A stretch of 64,000 bases of DNA, taken from NCBI GenBank assembly GCA_024275135.1, contig JAJRZS010000022.1:12516-76515 (forward strand), given 5' to 3'. Numbering within the stretch: the stretch's first letter is position 1; each line of letters opens with the position of its first letter. Below are positions 1-12,161 of the stretch, in pieces. The translations under genes were made by a program, and so were the position numbers. The DNA is from Planctomycetota bacterium (lineage in GTDB: Bacteria > Planctomycetota > UBA1135). The notes below the pieces were generated by a model that saw only the letters and a list, made by a program, of their open reading frames with translations, did not search any database and was not told the origin of the DNA.

Positions 1-106
1 TCCAGCCATAATTGTGATAGACCCAGCGCACGCCCAGCCAGCCGGCAAGGAATAGTAGGAGGAGGACGGAGCTGCAACCAATGGCGACATTTTTGCCAGC
101 GGACAT
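1..106 (-). CDS. partial CDS: N-terminal 35 codons of a membrane-anchored or secreted protein, continues beyond window start
   Basis: Minus-strand ATG at 104-106 opens MSAGKNVAIGCSSVLLLLFLAGWLGVRWVYHNYGW with no stop before position 1. Read by hand; too short for the ORF track. Confidence 0.3.
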   Translation of the reverse strand, partial: MSAGKNVAIGCSSVLLLLFLAGWLGVRWVYHNYGW

Positions 107-180
107 GGACAAATCATAGCTGCGCTGCCCCGTGGGCGGCGATTTGCTCTTGTTTCTGAAGGCCCTTGGGCGCATAGTAG

Positions 181-2629
<2,449 letters not shown>

Positions 2630-2633
<4 letters not shown>

Positions 2634-3103
2634 CCGGCCAAAACTTCAGGGCGCTGATCGCAGGTTTGATACCACACAGCGGTGGCAAAAGCCAAGACTT
2701 CCACCGAACCAATATTGGAATTATTGCCGTTGGAGATGGTGCTGGTTTCAAAACGCAGATTCAAAATCAAATCCGCGTCCGCGCAGCTTTCCTTGAGTCG
2801 TAGCAAGGCCTCGCGACGGGCGCGATCGAGCAAACTAGAATAAGAGTGGATTTCTCCACCAAATAACTTTTTTAAACTAGCGGCAAACCGTTTGAAGTAG
2901 TCGACAGAGATCACCACCGAGCCTAGGGCCAATTCTGCATGCACAATTGTCTTGTCCGCAGGAAACATGCCGAAGGTCACCACCGGCTGAGTGGCAAAGC
3001 CAAGCTCCCGCCGCCGAATGCGCCGATAGTGCAATCGTTCCAGGAGGCTGCCGACGGACAAACCGAGGAATAGAAAGGCGAGGACGAAGTAAAGTTGAAT
3101 CAC
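2630..3103 (-). CDS. membrane-anchored YbjQ/UPF0145-family protein
   Basis: The GTG at 3101-3103 overlaps the TGA of the upstream ybjQ-like gene (GTGA coupling). A TM segment (IQLYFVLAFLFLGLSVGSLL) is followed by a YbjQ-like core (GGEIHSYSSLLDRARREALLRLKESCADADLILNLRFETS). The track ORF extends to 3148. Confidence 0.65.
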
Positions 3104-3432
3104 AGGCTTGGGCGGGTGGCTTCGACACGTACCGCGGTGCCGTAGCAAAGAATCTCGGCAGCTCCAGCAGCGACTGAAGAAGTGGAAAAGCGCAGATTGA
3201 CCACGGCGTTGGCGCCAAGTTCTTCGGCTTGCTCGACCATGCGCTGCAAAGCCTCGTCTCGAGATTCTTGCAACAACTCAGTGTAGCCCTTGAGCTCACC
3301 GCCAACCAAGTTTTTGAGCCCGGCCATGAGGTCGCGGCCGATATTTTTGGCGCGGATGGTGCTTCCTTGCACCAAGCCATAGTGATCGACGATGGTTTGG
3401 CCAGGGATGGTTTCGGTATTGGTGAGAATCAT
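3100..3432 (-). CDS. ybjQ: YbjQ/UPF0145-family protein (soluble)
   Basis: MILTNTETIPG...GGELKGYTELLQESRDEALQRMVEQAEELGANAVVNLRFSTS matches the YbjQ family pattern over its full length. Start placed at the internal ATG (MILT); the track ORF runs to 3462. Confidence 0.85.
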   Translation of the reverse strand: MILTNTETIPGQTIVDHYGLVQGSTIRAKNIGRDLMAGLKNLVGGELKGYTELLQESRDEALQRMVEQAEELGANAVVNLRFSTSSVAAGAAEILCYGTAVRVEATRPSL

Positions 3433-3543
3433 TGAAGAATGCGGGGCAGGGGGGGAAGGCACGGGGGCAGCTTATCAGCTGAGGCATCCTTTTCGTAGGC
3501 GTAGAGGGAGGCAGTGACCCCGACTTGTTCCTAAAATAGGGGC

Positions 3544-3966
3544 ATGGCTGTGAGCATGGAGGTGGTTTACCAGGGAGAGCTTCGCTGTAGGGCGACGCAT
3601 GGCCCTAGCTGTGTGGAGTTGATTACCGATGCTCCTGTGGACAACCATGGCCAAGGAGCCTCCTTTTCTCCCACCGACCTCGTCGCCACCGCCTTGGGCG
3701 CTTGTATCTTGACCATTCTCGGCATCGTTGCCGAACGTCGCGGCTTGGCTTTGGCAGGAACTCGGGTGCGGGTAGAAAAACATATGGTGGCGGATCCCGT
3801 GCGTCGGATTGGTCGCTTGCCGGTGGTCATCGATATGGCTTGCGTGGTCAGCGACGAAGATAAAAAAGTATTCGAGCGCGCGGCGGCCACTTGTCCGGTC
3901 CATCAAAGTTTGCATCCAGAGATCGAAAAACCAATCCTGTTCCATTGGCAGGAGACAACGGCATGA
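3544..3966 (+). CDS. OsmC/Ohr-family protein
   Basis: 140 aa with the OsmC-like pattern (SPTDLVATALGACILT ... ATCPVHQSL). Confidence 0.85.
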   Translation: MAVSMEVVYQGELRCRATHGPSCVELITDAPVDNHGQGASFSPTDLVATALGACILTILGIVAERRGLALAGTRVRVEKHMVADPVRRIGRLPVVIDMACVVSDEDKKVFERAAATCPVHQSLHPEIEKPILFHWQETTA

Positions 3967-4946
3967 CCACCATTCTCAGTGGAATCCAGCCCAGCGGCCT
4001 CTTGCATTTGGGCAATTACTTTGGAGCCATTCGCCAGCATATTGCATTGCAAGAAGAGGCGGGGGAGCATTTCTATTTCATTGCGGATTACCACGCGCTG
4101 ACGACCCAGCGCAACCCTCAGCTTATGCGCGAGTTGGTATGGGAAACCGCAGTTACCTACTTGGCTTGTGGATTGGATCCAGCAAAGGCTGTTTTATTTC
4201 GACAAAGCGATGTGCCGGAGGTGACGGAAATCGCTTGGCTATTGGCCACGGTTACTGGCATGGGGCTATTGGAGCGCGCCCATTCCTACAAGGATAAGTT
4301 GGCCAATCAGATTAAGCCTAGTGTCGGCCTATTCACCTATCCGGTGTTGATGGCTGCAGATATTTTGGCTTATGATTCCACTTTGGTGCCGGTGGGCAAG
4401 GATCAGGTACAGCATGTGGAAATGACCCAGGATATGGCCGGCTACTTCAACGGTGCCTATGGCGATGTGTTTCAACGCCCCGAAATGCGCCTAGAAGAAA
4501 CGGAAAATATGCAAAAAGTACCTGGCTTGGATGGGCAGAAAATGTCCAAGAGCTACGGTAACGATATTTGGATTTTTGAAGAGGGCAAAAAGCTTAAGAA
4601 ATTATGTGGTCGTATTGTTACCGACTCTCGACCACCCGAAGAACCCAAGGACCCGGAGGGGATTTTCCTGTTCGATTTGCTGGCCTTATTCCTTGAGCCC
4701 ATGGAACTGGAACAATGGAAAGAGAAAGTCCGCCAAGGTGGTGAAGGGGCTCCTGGCTATGGGCATTTGAAGATGCGCTTGAAAGACGCCATGGAAAACT
4801 ATTTTGCTCCGGCAAGGGCGCGGCGGGCGGAATATCTGACGCATCCAGAAAAGGTAGAGGAAGTGTTGCAAGCGGGCGCAAAAAAAGCCCGGCAACGTGC
4901 GCAACAGGTACGTGACCGGGCTTTACGGGCTTGTGGCTTGCGCTAA
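3963..4946 (+). CDS. trpS: tryptophan--tRNA ligase
   Basis: Class I synthetase motifs: HIGH-type SGLLHLGNY near the N-terminus and KMSKS (GQKMSKSYGN). The ATG overlaps the osmC-like stop (ATGA). The track ORF starts at 3891. Confidence 0.95.
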   Translation: MTTILSGIQPSGLLHLGNYFGAIRQHIALQEEAGEHFYFIADYHALTTQRNPQLMRELVWETAVTYLACGLDPAKAVLFRQSDVPEVTEIAWLLATVTGMGLLERAHSYKDKLANQIKPSVGLFTYPVLMAADILAYDSTLVPVGKDQVQHVEMTQDMAGYFNGAYGDVFQRPEMRLEETENMQKVPGLDGQKMSKSYGNDIWIFEEGKKLKKLCGRIVTDSRPPEEPKDPEGIFLFDLLALFLEPMELEQWKEKVRQGGEGAPGYGHLKMRLKDAMENYFAPARARRAEYLTHPEKVEEVLQAGAKKARQRAQQVRDRALRACGLR

Positions 4947-4951
4947 GCCTT

Positions 4952-6052
4952 CTAATCAACGGGAGCAGCGTTTGGCAACCATTCGGCGATAAAGAGATTG
5001 GTATCGCCGTGTTTGGCGTTGGCGCGATTGCTCGCGAAAATCAACTGTCGGCCATCGGCAGAGAACATCGGGAAGCCATCGAAACTTGGGCAAAAGGTGA
5101 TGCGCTCGTTGTTTTGCCCCTGGTCGTCGATGAGGAATAAATCGAAATCGCGCCCAGTGGTCGAGGCTTGATTGCTGGCGTAGATAATGTGCTTATTGTC
5201 TGGGTGCCAATACGGCCCAAAGTTGGCGGCACCGTTGTCGGTAATTTGGCGTTTGTTGCCTCCATCAATGTCCATAATCCAAAGCTGCAGCGCCATCGGC
5301 TCAATAGAGTCTTCCTCGAGCAGCTGTTGATAACGCGCAATCTCCTCGGCAGTTTCTGGATAGTAAGAACGGTAAACCAGGCGCTTGGAATCGGGGGAGA
5401 AGAAGGGGCCGCCATCGTAGCCAAGGCGATCGGTGAGTTGGGTGAGGCCACTGCCATCGATGTTCATAATGTAGATGTCCAAATCGCCATTTCGGCGAGA
5501 GGTGAACACAATCTTTTTGCCATCCGGACTGACAACGGCTTCCGCATCGTATCCAGGATGGGGTACAAGCGGAGTGAGTTCCCAAGTGTCGAGGTTGCGG
5601 ATAAACAAATCATACTGTGGGTAAATTTTCCACACATAACCTTTGGAGTAATCCGCAGGTGGCAGGCAATCATCGGCGGCAAGATGCGTGCTCGCAAATA
5701 AAATGGCGTGATCCCCTGGCATGTAGAAACTGCAGGTGGTGCGGCCAGTGCCGGTACTAATCAAACGCCGCGCACCGGAGAGCAAATCCAGCTCAAAAAT
5801 CTGATCGCATTTGCGCCCACCGAAGGTGGCTTGGTAGGTGATATGGCGTCCAGCGTTGCTGAAGTACCCCTCGGCATTTTCTCCGGCCGTGGTCAGGCGC
5901 CGAATCGCGCCGAAATGCACTTCTCCTTCGTAGCGCAAATCCTCCTGCGCGGGCAGCGCCGCCTCTTGTTTGGCAGGCAGATGTTGCACTTCCTCGGCTT
6001 GGGCAGCATGAGGATGCTGAGATAGGAAAGACAGCGCGAGGAAGAGAATCAT
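4952..6052 (-). CDS. TolB-like periplasmic beta-propeller protein (PD40 repeats)
   Basis: Signal peptide [19 protein letters not shown], then repeated PD40-type units ([33 protein letters not shown]; [10 protein letters not shown]; [14 protein letters not shown]). The start overlaps the yidD stop (ATGA). Confidence 0.8.
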   Translation of the reverse strand: MILFLALSFLSQHPHAAQAEEVQHLPAKQEAALPAQEDLRYEGEVHFGAIRRLTTAGENAEGYFSNAGRHITYQATFGGRKCDQIFELDLLSGARRLISTGTGRTTCSFYMPGDHAILFASTHLAADDCLPPADYSKGYVWKIYPQYDLFIRNLDTWELTPLVPHPGYDAEAVVSPDGKKIVFTSRRNGDLDIYIMNIDGSGLTQLTDRLGYDGGPFFSPDSKRLVYRSYYPETAEEIARYQQLLEEDSIEPMALQLWIMDIDGGNKRQITDNGAANFGPYWHPDNKHIIYASNQASTTGRDFDLFLIDDQGQNNERITFCPSFDGFPMFSADGRQLIFASNRANAKHGDTNLFIAEWLPNAAPVD

Positions 6053-6279
6053 GATTTGGTTTTGGGTGGAGGAACAGGATCGAAGCCCCCACTGCAGAGT
6101 GGTTGGCAACGGAGAATCCGCCAGATTGTAAGTGCGAGCCCACGGATACTGCCATGAGTTTCTACCGCTTCTAGGGCATATTCCGAACAGCTTGGATGAA
6201 AGCGGCATTTATTCGCGCCCAGCACAGGGCTTAGCAGCAATCGGTACAGGCGGATGCAGACGAGGATGAGCCAGCGCAT
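6049..6279 (-). CDS. yidD: membrane protein insertion efficiency factor YidD
   Basis: 76 aa with [33 protein letters not shown], the YidD signature. Confidence 0.9.
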   Translation of the reverse strand: MRWLILVCIRLYRLLLSPVLGANKCRFHPSCSEYALEAVETHGSIRGLALTIWRILRCQPLCSGGFDPVPPPKTKS

Positions 6280-6283
6280 GGAA

Positions 6284-6703
6284 TTAGGTGGTGGAGTCTT
6301 CGGCCCAACGTCCGCTCAATTTTTGCAACAATCGCTTCAATTCGGCGCGCACCTCTGGAGTGCGATAATTTTGGTTTTTTGCCACCGGAATCAAAATAAA
6401 GTCAAAGTGAGGTAATCGACTCCGCTGGAGACGGAAGGCCTCCACCAGCACCCGGCGCACCCGATTGCGGGCGACCGCCGAGGAGTTGAATTTGCGCCCG
6501 ACAGAGAGTCCCATGCGTGGGGATAGGGGGTTCAACCCAGGCGCCGCAATGACTAGAATGAGGCGTCCTCGGGCACGCTTGCCTTCGGCGTAGACGCGCG
6601 CGTAATCGCGCTTTCTTCGCAGTCGGCAATCTCGGGGCAGTCGCAGCCGCCTAGCTGCCGTTTGACCGCCGCTCACCGCGCTCGAAGAGGTCTCCTCCTT
6701 CAT
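6284..6703 (-). CDS. rnpA: ribonuclease P protein component
   Basis: Basic 139-aa protein ([20 protein letters not shown]...[24 protein letters not shown]) placed immediately upstream of yidD, as in the conserved rnpA-yidD arrangement. Confidence 0.85.
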   Translation of the reverse strand: MKEETSSSAVSGGQTAARRLRLPRDCRLRRKRDYARVYAEGKRARGRLILVIAAPGLNPLSPRMGLSVGRKFNSSAVARNRVRRVLVEAFRLQRSRLPHFDFILIPVAKNQNYRTPEVRAELKRLLQKLSGRWAEDSTT

Positions 6704-7199
6704 GAATCCTCCTCACCATACTTCGGACCATGCCGCACTGGAATCCCCTTTGCGCCATTCTGGAGAAAGGGTGGATTTCCTAAGCCCAGCAGCTCCTGTC
6801 GCGCAGGCCGCGGAATGGCTGGTGCAAGCCTGGCTGGCAGCGCCCAAAGTGCGTTTGGTGTTGGTTGACGAAGCGCGCCAATCTGCATTTTTGGACGCAT
6901 TGCGAGCCCGCGTCTGTAAGCTGGAGCCCCTGTCAGAGTGCTCTTCCGACGATTTGGCGGATGCCATTTTGCAGGTGGTGGATACGGGAGCCTGTCTCAT
7001 CGCAGGCGGCCATGGCAAACAACCCGCTTTGGCTACCAACCTCCGCGTCCATCCCACTTTGCTTCGGCTCGTCGGTCAGCCACTTCCCTTGCTGATGGTG
7101 GGGACGATGGAAGAAAATGCTGCCGAGCTCCCGCCTCTGCGCCCATTCTTTCGCAGTTTCCCGCCCTCCTCCCCATCCCAGAACACACCACACCCATGA
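6702..7199 (+). CDS. hypothetical 165-aa protein; weak resemblance to the middle of an aldehyde dehydrogenase
   Basis: The ORF ends in an ATGA overlap with the lat start. Segments RLVLVDEARQSAFLDALRARVCKL and CLIAGGHGKQ...VHPTLL resemble ALDH blocks. No catalytic Cys or Glu blocks are present. Confidence 0.35.
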   Translation: MNPPHHTSDHAALESPLRHSGERVDFLSPAAPVAQAAEWLVQAWLAAPKVRLVLVDEARQSAFLDALRARVCKLEPLSECSSDDLADAILQVVDTGACLIAGGHGKQPALATNLRVHPTLLRLVGQPLPLLMVGTMEENAAELPPLRPFFRSFPPSSPSQNTPHP

Positions 7200-8530
7200 C
7201 TAGCAGTACCGCAACCCACGTCGAGCCCCAAGAGGTTCATTCTCTTCTCAGTCGCTGGATTTTGGCCGATGGCTATCCGCTGGTGTTGGATTTCGAAAAA
7301 TCCAAGGGGGCCGAACTCTACGACTCTCGCAGCGGCCGCACTTTTGTGGATTTCTTTGGTTGCTTTGGCTCCACTCCGATTGGCTGGAACCATCCGGCGT
7401 TGATGGATCCAAGTTGGTTGCAGAGTTTGAATTACGTGGTGGCCAACCGCCCGGCCAATTCAGATTTGTATACCGTGGAAATGGCTGAGTTCGTGGCTCG
7501 CATGGGGGAAGTTGCTGCTCCCGAAGGCTATCAACATATGTTCTTTATTGACGGTGGTGCCCTGGCTGTGGAGAACGCCTTAAAGGTCGCCTTCGACTGG
7601 AAGGTGCGTCGCAATCGCGCCAAGGGGGTGGACGCTGATGTTGGCAGCAAGATCTTGCATTTTGAAAAAGCCTTCCACGGCCGCTCTGGCTACACGCTTT
7701 CCCTCACCAATACCTTGCCCGATAAAATCGATTACTTCCCCAAATTTGAGGATTGGCCGCGGGTCTTTGCCCCAGCTGTCAAGTTCCCTCTAGAAGGGGA
7801 CGCTTTACGCGAGCATATTGCCGCTGAGGAGGCTTGTTTTGAAGCCATCGACGCCGCCTTCGCCAAATTTGGTGATGATATTGCGGCCATTTTGATTGAA
7901 ACCATGCAATGTGAAGGTGGCGACCGTCACTTCCGTGCGGAATTTTTGCAGGGGCTGCAAGCGCGTTGCGAAAAGTATGATTGTTTGTTCATCTGCGATG
8001 AGGTGCAAACGGGGTATTTTGGCAGCGGCAAACCCTGGGCATTCCAGCATTACGGTATTCAGCCGGACATCTTCTGCTTTGGTAAGAAAGCTCAGCAGTG
8101 TGGCATCATGGCGGGGCCAAAGATTGATTTGGTTCCCGACAATTGCTTTGAAAAATCCAGTCGAATCAATTCCACCTGGGGTGGCAACTTGGTCGACATG
8201 GTGCGCGCCACCAAAGTGTTGGAAGTCATTCGCGACGAAAACCTTTGCGAAAATGCAGCCAAGCAGGGTGCTTACTGGTTGGAGAACATGCGCAAAATGG
8301 CCACCTCCTTCGACATGGTGGAAAATGTGCGCGGCTTAGGCTTGTTGATGGCCTTCAGCATGCCTGATGGCGCCACCCGCGATAAAGTCTTAAGCAAGAT
8401 GTTTGATAACGGCCTGCTTGGTTTGGGCAGTGGCGATCGCACCATCCGTTTCCGTCCGCACCTGGCGATTACGACGGAAGATGTCGACCGCGTACTTGAG
8501 CTTACTGAACAATCCTTGCAGGCATTGTAA
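7196..8530 (+). CDS. lat: L-lysine 6-transaminase (class III aminotransferase)
   Basis: Blocks FFIDGGALAVENALKVAFDWK, AFHGRSGYTLSLTNT, CEGGDRHFR, CDEVQTG, FGKKAQQCGIMAG and SRINSTWGGNLVDMVRA match lysine epsilon-aminotransferase. Start taken at MTSSTAT (ATG 7196); the track ORF begins at 6938. Confidence 0.9.
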   Translation: MTSSTATHVEPQEVHSLLSRWILADGYPLVLDFEKSKGAELYDSRSGRTFVDFFGCFGSTPIGWNHPALMDPSWLQSLNYVVANRPANSDLYTVEMAEFVARMGEVAAPEGYQHMFFIDGGALAVENALKVAFDWKVRRNRAKGVDADVGSKILHFEKAFHGRSGYTLSLTNTLPDKIDYFPKFEDWPRVFAPAVKFPLEGDALREHIAAEEACFEAIDAAFAKFGDDIAAILIETMQCEGGDRHFRAEFLQGLQARCEKYDCLFICDEVQTGYFGSGKPWAFQHYGIQPDIFCFGKKAQQCGIMAGPKIDLVPDNCFEKSSRINSTWGGNLVDMVRATKVLEVIRDENLCENAAKQGAYWLENMRKMATSFDMVENVRGLGLLMAFSMPDGATRDKVLSKMFDNGLLGLGSGDRTIRFRPHLAITTEDVDRVLELTEQSLQAL

Positions 8531-11500
8531 GCGACAACGCCTCCAGTCCGCCGGCTGCGGTGGGCTGGAGGTCTTTCCAGCTTGCCAGCATGGCTGCAGG
8601 CCCATGGGTTTCCAGCTCCGTGCGTAGAGTTTTGCCAGCAGTTTGCACTTCTGCGCAGTCGCTATAACTCATCGCTTTGTCGAGGCGACTTAGGATCTCG
8701 GCCTTTTCCTTTGGCTTTTCCGCATCTTTTGCTGCCCGCGCAAAATACTGCCAGGCTTTGAGTGCATTGCGGTAAAGTGAGGTGCGCTCGAGTTTGCGCT
8801 GGCGGGAGGCCGCCAAGTCCGCCAAGCCAGTACCAGGAAATTCATCCATGGCTCGCAGCAATAAGGCATGTGCAAAAAGAGGTCGCCCCTCCGCCTCGGC
8901 CTTTTCCGCCATTAGCGGAAGTTGAGAGCCAATCCCTTCGATAAGGTCGCGTAGGGAGCGTGCATCCAACACACGTTGATCAAAATCGGCATCAAGTTTG
9001 GCGAGGGGGCCCAGCGTTTCCAAGGCTTTGCGTAAATTGCCCTTCTCATATTCTTCCAAGGCTAGTTCGTAGGCCGGGCCTAGGCGGGCAAGTTCATCGA
9101 GGTGGCGCTTCTCAATCAAGGCCTCAATCGACAAATCCAGCGGAGTGATTTCGGGTTCGAGTGGATCCCAACCGACATCCATGCGTAGGTTGGGATCGCC
9201 TTCCCAAAAAACAGTGCCATCGACGTCGACCAAAAGAATACGCGGAATCTCCCAGCCCCCTTTGCCGACGTTGTAGGCCGGGTAGATTAAGAATCTCTCG
9301 TCATACAGAACATGCACCCGCTCCATGGGGTGCTTGGCCAACCATTCCCGCACTTCCACCACGCTATGAGAGTTGGTGACAATGGCTACCACCTCTAGTT
9401 TGTAGTCTCGCCATTTTTGTACCAACCAATCGTAGTATTCGGAAGTGGGGATGAGGTCGTCTTGATGGGGGGTCCAAAAGGCAAGGACCAAGGGGTGGCC
9501 ATAACTAGCATCCAGGGTGATGCCGCTTCCTTGTAGCCATTGCCCATGCATGGTGCTGAAATCAGGTGGCCTCACGCCCTGGAAAACTCCGGGAGTGCGC
9601 GTGGACGGATCTTCCAGGCGCTTTTTCAATCCCAATTCGCGTTCAATGCGGGCAGCTGGATCATGCGGGTCGCGTTCCAAAATGCGGATATTGCGATAGC
9701 TGCCATCGCCAGTGCCCGTGATTAACCCAAAGCCGCCGCGCACGCTATCGCGTGGCATTTCGATACTGCGTAAATAAAGACCATCAAAATAAATATCGAC
9801 TACCGCATTAGGGCCGGTTTGTGTGACCACATCGATTCGCAGCTTATGCCAACCCGGAGTGATGGAGACTTGTTGGTGATCGCGGGTGAGCCAGTTGCCG
9901 CCGGATTTGGTAGCGACGTCGAGGGCTCCTTTGGGGTACAAACCAACGGCATGGGTGTTGCGACCGTCTTTGCGCCCAAAACAAAGCCCCATGAAACTCG
10001 GTTCTTTGCCAAAACGAAATTCGGTTTCGATGGAATAGTCGGCATCAAAGGCGACGTCGGCGGCTAACTCTTGGGTTTGAAAGGATCCTGGTGGAGTTTT
10101 GATTTCTGGATCATTGACTACAAAGACATCGATTAATTTGCCATAGGCGTGGTAATACTTGTTGGGTTGCCAGCCATCTAGGGTGAGTTCGTTGTAGGCA
10201 ATCTTCCATCGCGCCAAGCTGATGCCGCTTTCCTTGGCCACCTCTGTATAGAAAGCGAGGGCTTCGGGTAGGGACCAACTTGCCGACATGCGGCGGGCAA
10301 TTTCCATGGCCATCCGTGGCATGCCTCGGCTGCGGTAGGACCTTGCCAGCTGCAAACCATCTTTACCCAAGCGTTCTTTCAGCCGCTTATGCCTTTGAAA
10401 CAAGGGGTCCAGTTCTTGCATTAAGGTGCGCGCCTGGGCGTAGCGAGGGTCCTCTGCCATGCCGCGCAACTCCAATTCTGCAGCAAAGGAGCGATACATG
10501 GAGCTGGCGCGGTCGTTGGCACCAAGTTCTTCCAACACTTTTGCCAGTTCCCACTGGATTTCCGGGTTGTCTGGCGCGTACAAAATGGCCTCTTCGAGTA
10601 ACTGCAGGGCAAGTTCACTGTCGCCCCGACTGAGAGCCAAATCGGAGTAATGCAGAAGGTCGTCTTCTGGGTCGCCTTTGCCAATTTGACGGTCACGCAA
10701 TTCCAACAACCACTCCTTCCAAATTCCTGTTAGCTCATCCACGCTATGGGCTGGGGCTTTTTCACCAGCCAGCACCATTTCCTCGAAGTGCTCCACGCGT
10801 TTGCTCAGCGGCACACTGGCAGCGCCGGAAAGATAGTATTCATGGAGCGGTTTACGCAGGACGGGGATGCCAGTGTCCGGGTCGCGATAGTTGTAGAGGA
10901 AGTAAACCACACCCCAGGTGGGTGCATACCAAGGCGGACCCCATGCATATTGATTCTCAATCAGAATACGCAAACTTGGAGCACGCTCGGGAGTGCCCCA
11001 TTCGCCGGAGGCATCGCGCACCCCGTCTTCATAATCGCTCATCCAGCCGGCCTCGAGTCGGGGCGCGAGCGCAAACAATCGACCATTGTTCACCCGATTC
11101 CAGCGTACCGTGCCATTGGACAAAATCGTGGTGCCTTCAAAAAAGGATGCATAGGCTTCGTTCAGCCAACCTGGTACACCTCCTTTGCCGGTAAGAGAAA
11201 CAAACTGGTGGGCGGCTTCGTGAAACAAAGTGCTGTACATTTCGCGAATGCCATCCGTACCCTCGGTACCACCGATATAGGTTTCCACCGCATTGCCGGT
11301 AAAATGCCCGGCCGACCATTCCACTGGCGGGCCTTGGCCCAAGCTGAGGTACTCATCTCGGTTTTTGAAAACATGGACATCGATTTTGGGTACCGCCCCG
11401 CCATCTTCTTTGTAATGGAAAAATTTGCGGTAAGCCTGGTTCATTTGATCCATGGCGATGCCGGCAGTTTGCAGAACCAGGTAGCCAGCATTGGTGCGGA

Positions 11501-12158
11501 TTCGGTAGTAGTCGGTTTCTTTGCGCCAGGCTTTTTTCCAATCCGTGTGTTTGGCATCTTCCGCCGCAATCCATTCTGCGTCCACACCAGCCGTAGGGTC
11601 GGTACCGGCGAACAAATCTTCCGTGGCAACGTCGGCTCCGCCTTCCCGTTGAATTTCCTTCCTTAAACTGCGCGCCTCCTGATTGTGGGGATCAATATGT
11701 AAAACCTCATCGAGCAAGGCCAAGGCGGAGTGAAAGCGCCCCTTTTTGACATGCTCTTTTTCCAGCTTGAGCAATTCGCGGATATAGGAATCGGTGAGCT
11801 TGCGAAATGTTTTTGATTCGGTGTCAACTGCGGCTAATTCGGCTTCAACTTCCTTGATTATTTTGCGCTTGACTTGGGGTTTTTCCGCCGCGCGCACCAC
11901 CTCCAGCCAAGAATGCAAAGCATAAGCGGCTGTGTCCTTGTCGCCGGCCATGGCGCAAACTTGAGCCCACAGCCGCAATGCCCCCAAATGTTGATCGTCG
12001 CGCTCGAGTGCACGTTCGATTTCTTTGCGCGCATCGGCAACCTTGCCCGCTTCAAGCAGTCGGTTGGCAGCGGCTAGTTGCTTCTCGAGGAAAGGGTTTT
12101 CTCCGCCTCCTGGGCCGGCATTGAGGAGGAGGCAGAGAAGGAGGAGAAGCAGACGCAT
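8502..12158 (-). CDS. secreted 1218-aa multidomain protein: TPR / DUF1570-like HExxH domain / TPR / DUF1080-like beta-sandwich / thioredoxin-like fold without CxxC / TPR-like tail
   Basis: Signal peptide MRLLLLLLCLLLNAG. HEAAHQ is encoded at 11205-11222. A DUF1080-like segment (GWHKLRIDVV...FGLITGTGDGSYRNIRI) falls at about 9681-10196. A redoxin-like segment (LVLAFWTPHQDDLIPT) falls at about 9189-9581. Confidence 0.8.
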   Translation of the reverse strand: MRLLLLLLCLLLNAGPGGGENPFLEKQLAAANRLLEAGKVADARKEIERALERDDQHLGALRLWAQVCAMAGDKDTAAYALHSWLEVVRAAEKPQVKRKIIKEVEAELAAVDTESKTFRKLTDSYIRELLKLEKEHVKKGRFHSALALLDEVLHIDPHNQEARSLRKEIQREGGADVATEDLFAGTDPTAGVDAEWIAAEDAKHTDWKKAWRKETDYYRIRTNAGYLVLQTAGIAMDQMNQAYRKFFHYKEDGGAVPKIDVHVFKNRDEYLSLGQGPPVEWSAGHFTGNAVETYIGGTEGTDGIREMYSTLFHEAAHQFVSLTGKGGVPGWLNEAYASFFEGTTILSNGTVRWNRVNNGRLFALAPRLEAGWMSDYEDGVRDASGEWGTPERAPSLRILIENQYAWGPPWYAPTWGVVYFLYNYRDPDTGIPVLRKPLHEYYLSGAASVPLSKRVEHFEEMVLAGEKAPAHSVDELTGIWKEWLLELRDRQIGKGDPEDDLLHYSDLALSRGDSELALQLLEEAILYAPDNPEIQWELAKVLEELGANDRASSMYRSFAAELELRGMAEDPRYAQARTLMQELDPLFQRHKRLKERLGKDGLQLARSYRSRGMPRMAMEIARRMSASWSLPEALAFYTEVAKESGISLARWKIAYNELTLDGWQPNKYYHAYGKLIDVFVVNDPEIKTPPGSFQTQELAADVAFDADYSIETEFRFGKEPSFMGLCFGRKDGRNTHAVGLYPKGALDVATKSGGNWLTRDHQQVSITPGWHKLRIDVVTQTGPNAVVDIYFDGLYLRSIEMPRDSVRGGFGLITGTGDGSYRNIRILERDPHDPAARIERELGLKKRLEDPSTRTPGVFQGVRPPDFSTMHGQWLQGSGITLDASYGHPLVLAFWTPHQDDLIPTSEYYDWLVQKWRDYKLEVVAIVTNSHSVVEVREWLAKHPMERVHVLYDERFLIYPAYNVGKGGWEIPRILLVDVDGTVFWEGDPNLRMDVGWDPLEPEITPLDLSIEALIEKRHLDELARLGPAYELALEEYEKGNLRKALETLGPLAKLDADFDQRVLDARSLRDLIEGIGSQLPLMAEKAEAEGRPLFAHALLLRAMDEFPGTGLADLAASRQRKLERTSLYRNALKAWQYFARAAKDAEKPKEKAEILSRLDKAMSYSDCAEVQTAGKTLRTELETHGPAAMLASWKDLQPTAAGGLEALSLTMPARIVQ

Positions 12159-12161
12159 GGT

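Noticed and set aside
6704-6940. rpmH (ribosomal protein L34) upstream of rnpA
   Set aside because: None of the three minus-strand frames gives the basic MKRTxQPS...GFR...GR pattern.
6704-7195. Lysine riboswitch (L-box) or other leader RNA upstream of lat
   Set aside because: I could not find the conserved L-box core (AGAGGNGC ... GCCGAAG-type elements). The region is instead occupied by an open frame coupled to lat.
10746-11666. 306-aa plus-strand ORF inside the 1218-aa gene
   Set aside because: No motifs. It lies antisense to the region encoding the HEAAHQ domain and is explained by GC-rich codon bias.
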